Shown in pieces: positions 24,284 to 25,833 of a DNA stretch of 25,833 nt. The position numbers were made by a program, and so were the translations under genes. The notes under the pieces were generated by a model, which was not told where the DNA came from, searched no databases, and was given only the letters and a program-made list of their open reading frames with translations. The DNA is from a virus (Duplodnaviria; Caudoviricetes), in IMG/VR virus record IMGVR_UViG_3300027756_000050, positions 1 to 25,833 of that record. One strand, 5' to 3'. Position 1 is the first letter of the stretch, and every line of letters begins with the position of its first letter.

Positions 24284-25422
24284 AGTGTATAAATTGGCTC
24301 TACTCTTGTGTAAAGTTCAAATGATACGTTTGCTGTAAGTAGGTTAATTACTTCATCAACAGCAGGATTTCCCAAACTAGGTCGAGTGCAGTAGATGTCA
24401 TAAACACCAGGCTCTCTTGGACCAATAATATCTAATATTTGACTATAAGTTGGAGAAATAGTTATGATTCCATTAACACGGCTGAGACTAATAGAGTTTT
24501 CTAAATCCTCTGACTTTGTGTAAGAGTGATCAGATACAGTCAAAGACACTTCCCATGACGCGTCGTCTTCTAAGAATTCTCCATTTATTTCATTTAAATA
24601 AAGAACTAGCGATGCACCAGAAGTAAGAACTTTCAGGTCATAAGGAGTCTCTGTTAGCTGATATGGCTTAGGAATAGGACGACGTGCTCTAGGAGTGTCA
24701 GGGCTAAATACCTTTGCTTTTGCTCTTGCTCGGTCTGGATTAGTTGTTTTTAAAAATAGGTCTACAGCATATAGACCAGTTCTAAGTTCATCAATAAAAT
24801 CTTGATTATCTAAAATTGTATACGAAACACCTTGGCGAGCAACAGAGGTTACACGTTGAGGTAGGGCGCAGGTATCATCATTTTCATACAACTTAACAAG
24901 TTCAATGGCAAGTAGTCGAGCAGCAGCTTTTCCTGCTATCGGTGGTGGTGTTCCATATGAATAAGTAACTTCAATATTAGAAGATGTCCAGCTAGCCCCA
25001 GGGGTAGCAAGAATTGTTGAGTGCTCTACTAGATAGTAATCTCTTGGGTCTATTACAAGACCATCTCTATCTCTTAGCGTGTGAACTCTTATTACTTTAC
25101 GACCACGAAGGCGTACACGAGTGCTTGCAGACGTTCCATCGCCTGAAAAGTCATCTTGTTGGTAAGGTCCTGAACCATTTAGTCTGATATTTTCAACATT
25201 TCCCCTGACTAAAGTAGGGGAGTATGTAAGCATAGAGGCGCCTGTGCGGATGTAAGGGTCATAGGAAGAGACATATCGCTCGGTAACAGTTGTTACGCCA
25301 GAGTATTTTCTCCCAGACATGCCCCAGAGCAGGTACGAGGCTGTTTTTACAGCATCATATGCATACTGAGACTCTGCGTAAGTAGAGCCAAGTTCGTTAA
25401 CATCTACCCAAAGATTACCCAT
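24280..25422 (-). CDS. Head-to-tail adaptor with C-terminal extra beta domain
   Basis: ASYLLWGMSGRKY, EVTYSYGTPPP, CALPQRVTSVARQGVSY and TGLYAVDLF motifs recalled from actinophage adaptors. Confidence 0.75.
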   Translation of the reverse strand: MGNLWVDVNELGSTYAESQYAYDAVKTASYLLWGMSGRKYSGVTTVTERYVSSYDPYIRTGASMLTYSPTLVRGNVENIRLNGSGPYQQDDFSGDGTSASTRVRLRGRKVIRVHTLRDRDGLVIDPRDYYLVEHSTILATPGASWTSSNIEVTYSYGTPPPIAGKAAARLLAIELVKLYENDDTCALPQRVTSVARQGVSYTILDNQDFIDELRTGLYAVDLFLKTTNPDRARAKAKVFSPDTPRARRPIPKPYQLTETPYDLKVLTSGASLVLYLNEINGEFLEDDASWEVSLTVSDHSYTKSEDLENSISLSRVNGIITISPTYSQILDIIGPREPGVYDIYCTRPSLGNPAVDEVINLLTANVSFELYTRVEPIYTL

Positions 25423-25438
25423 TGTCTATACCAATCCT

Positions 25439-25501
25439 AAAAAGTAAGGGCGAACAACGGCTAGTTGTATCAATGATACGACCGACACGTCGTCCGCCCT
25501 T
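25439..25501 (-). terminator. Intrinsic terminator with unusually long hairpin
   Basis: AAGGGCGGACGACG/CGTTGTTCGCCCTT 14-bp stem (2 G-U), apical GTATC-ATT-GATAC hairpin, followed by ACTTTTT. Confidence 0.8.
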
Positions 25502-25514
25502 CTTCTTATTTATA

Positions 25515-25833
25515 TTAAGAGGTTGGATCCTCTGATGAAGCAATAATGAAGTCAACATCGTTGTCAGCATTATATGAACTGCTACCAGGTACGTTATACG
25601 CAGTAGTAGATCCTTCAGAGGCGAAGTCTGTAACTGCGTAGTAACCATAATCAAGAAATGCAGTACCAGCATCACCAGCAGAGGCAATAGTTCCGCTTGT
25701 TGTAGTGGTAAATGTAAAGGTTGTTGTTGTTGGAACTGCAGTAATTGTTCTAACACCGTTAAGTGCTGTTGCATTTGTAACACTAATTGTTACAACATCT
25801 CCTACACGGAATCCGTGAGCAGTAGATGTTCCA
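25515..25833 (-). CDS. 3' part of a virion structural gene (probable major tail protein) carrying an 'HG' domain; truncated by the window edge
   Basis: Hand translation ..GTSTAHGFRVGDVVTISVTNATALNGVRTITAVPTTTTFTF..DVDFIIASSEDPTS*; TAA at 25515-25517; followed by terminator. Major-tail identity inferred from gene order only. Confidence 0.75.
   Translation of the reverse strand, partial: GTSTAHGFRVGDVVTISVTNATALNGVRTITAVPTTTTFTFTTTTSGTIASAGDAGTAFLDYGYYAVTDFASEGSTTAYNVPGSSSYNADNDVDFIIASSEDPTS

Larger units (their letters stand above)
1..25833 (-). mobile_element. Fragment of a tailed bacteriophage genome (siphovirus-type, probable actinobacterial host): tail module, replication module and accessory genes
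   Basis: Tape measure, tail chaperone, distal tail and fibre genes in phage order; phage-type PolA, helicase, exonuclease and SSB; WhiB; dense single-strand coding; no host housekeeping genes, integrase or att site seen. Confidence 0.95.

Noticed and set aside
25415-25783. 122-aa minus-strand ORF in the track
   Set aside because: Off-frame shadow of the real gene ending at 25515; it runs through the terminator and has implausible composition
1-25833. TAG stop-codon reassignment
   Set aside because: Conserved genes are full length under the standard code and TAG ends coincide with natural gene boundaries

Overview
The whole window reads as part of a tailed (siphovirus-type) phage genome with every credible gene on the minus strand. 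A WhiB-family regulator and AT-rich DNA (roughly 40% GC by eye, not computed) point to a low-GC actinobacterial host such as freshwater acI; that host call is inference. In transcription order (right to left) the tail module contains: 3' end of a probable major tail protein, a long terminator hairpin, head-tail adaptor, tail terminator-like protein, HK97 gp10-like protein, a tail assembly chaperone pair with a candidate non-canonical -1 frameshift, tape measure protein, distal tail protein, Gp37-like hub protein and two tail fibre proteins. Three small helical proteins and a putative metal-binding protein follow. The replication/recombination module contains PolA, a RuvC-like resolvase, an SNF2-type helicase, a Cas4-like exonuclease, a Sak4-like AAA_24 ATPase and a DUF669 SSB. 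The left end holds an accessory cluster: a T4 beta-glucosyltransferase-like GT-B protein, DUF6378, WhiB and small hypotheticals. Highlights are (1) the candidate DNA-glycosylation cluster, (2) one ~70-aa 'T-x3-HG' beta domain inserted about 8 times across four tail genes, with Russian-doll nesting up to four levels, and (3) a frameshift site with a stimulator stem but no canonical slippery heptamer. All family calls come from motif recognition by eye; no searches were run.
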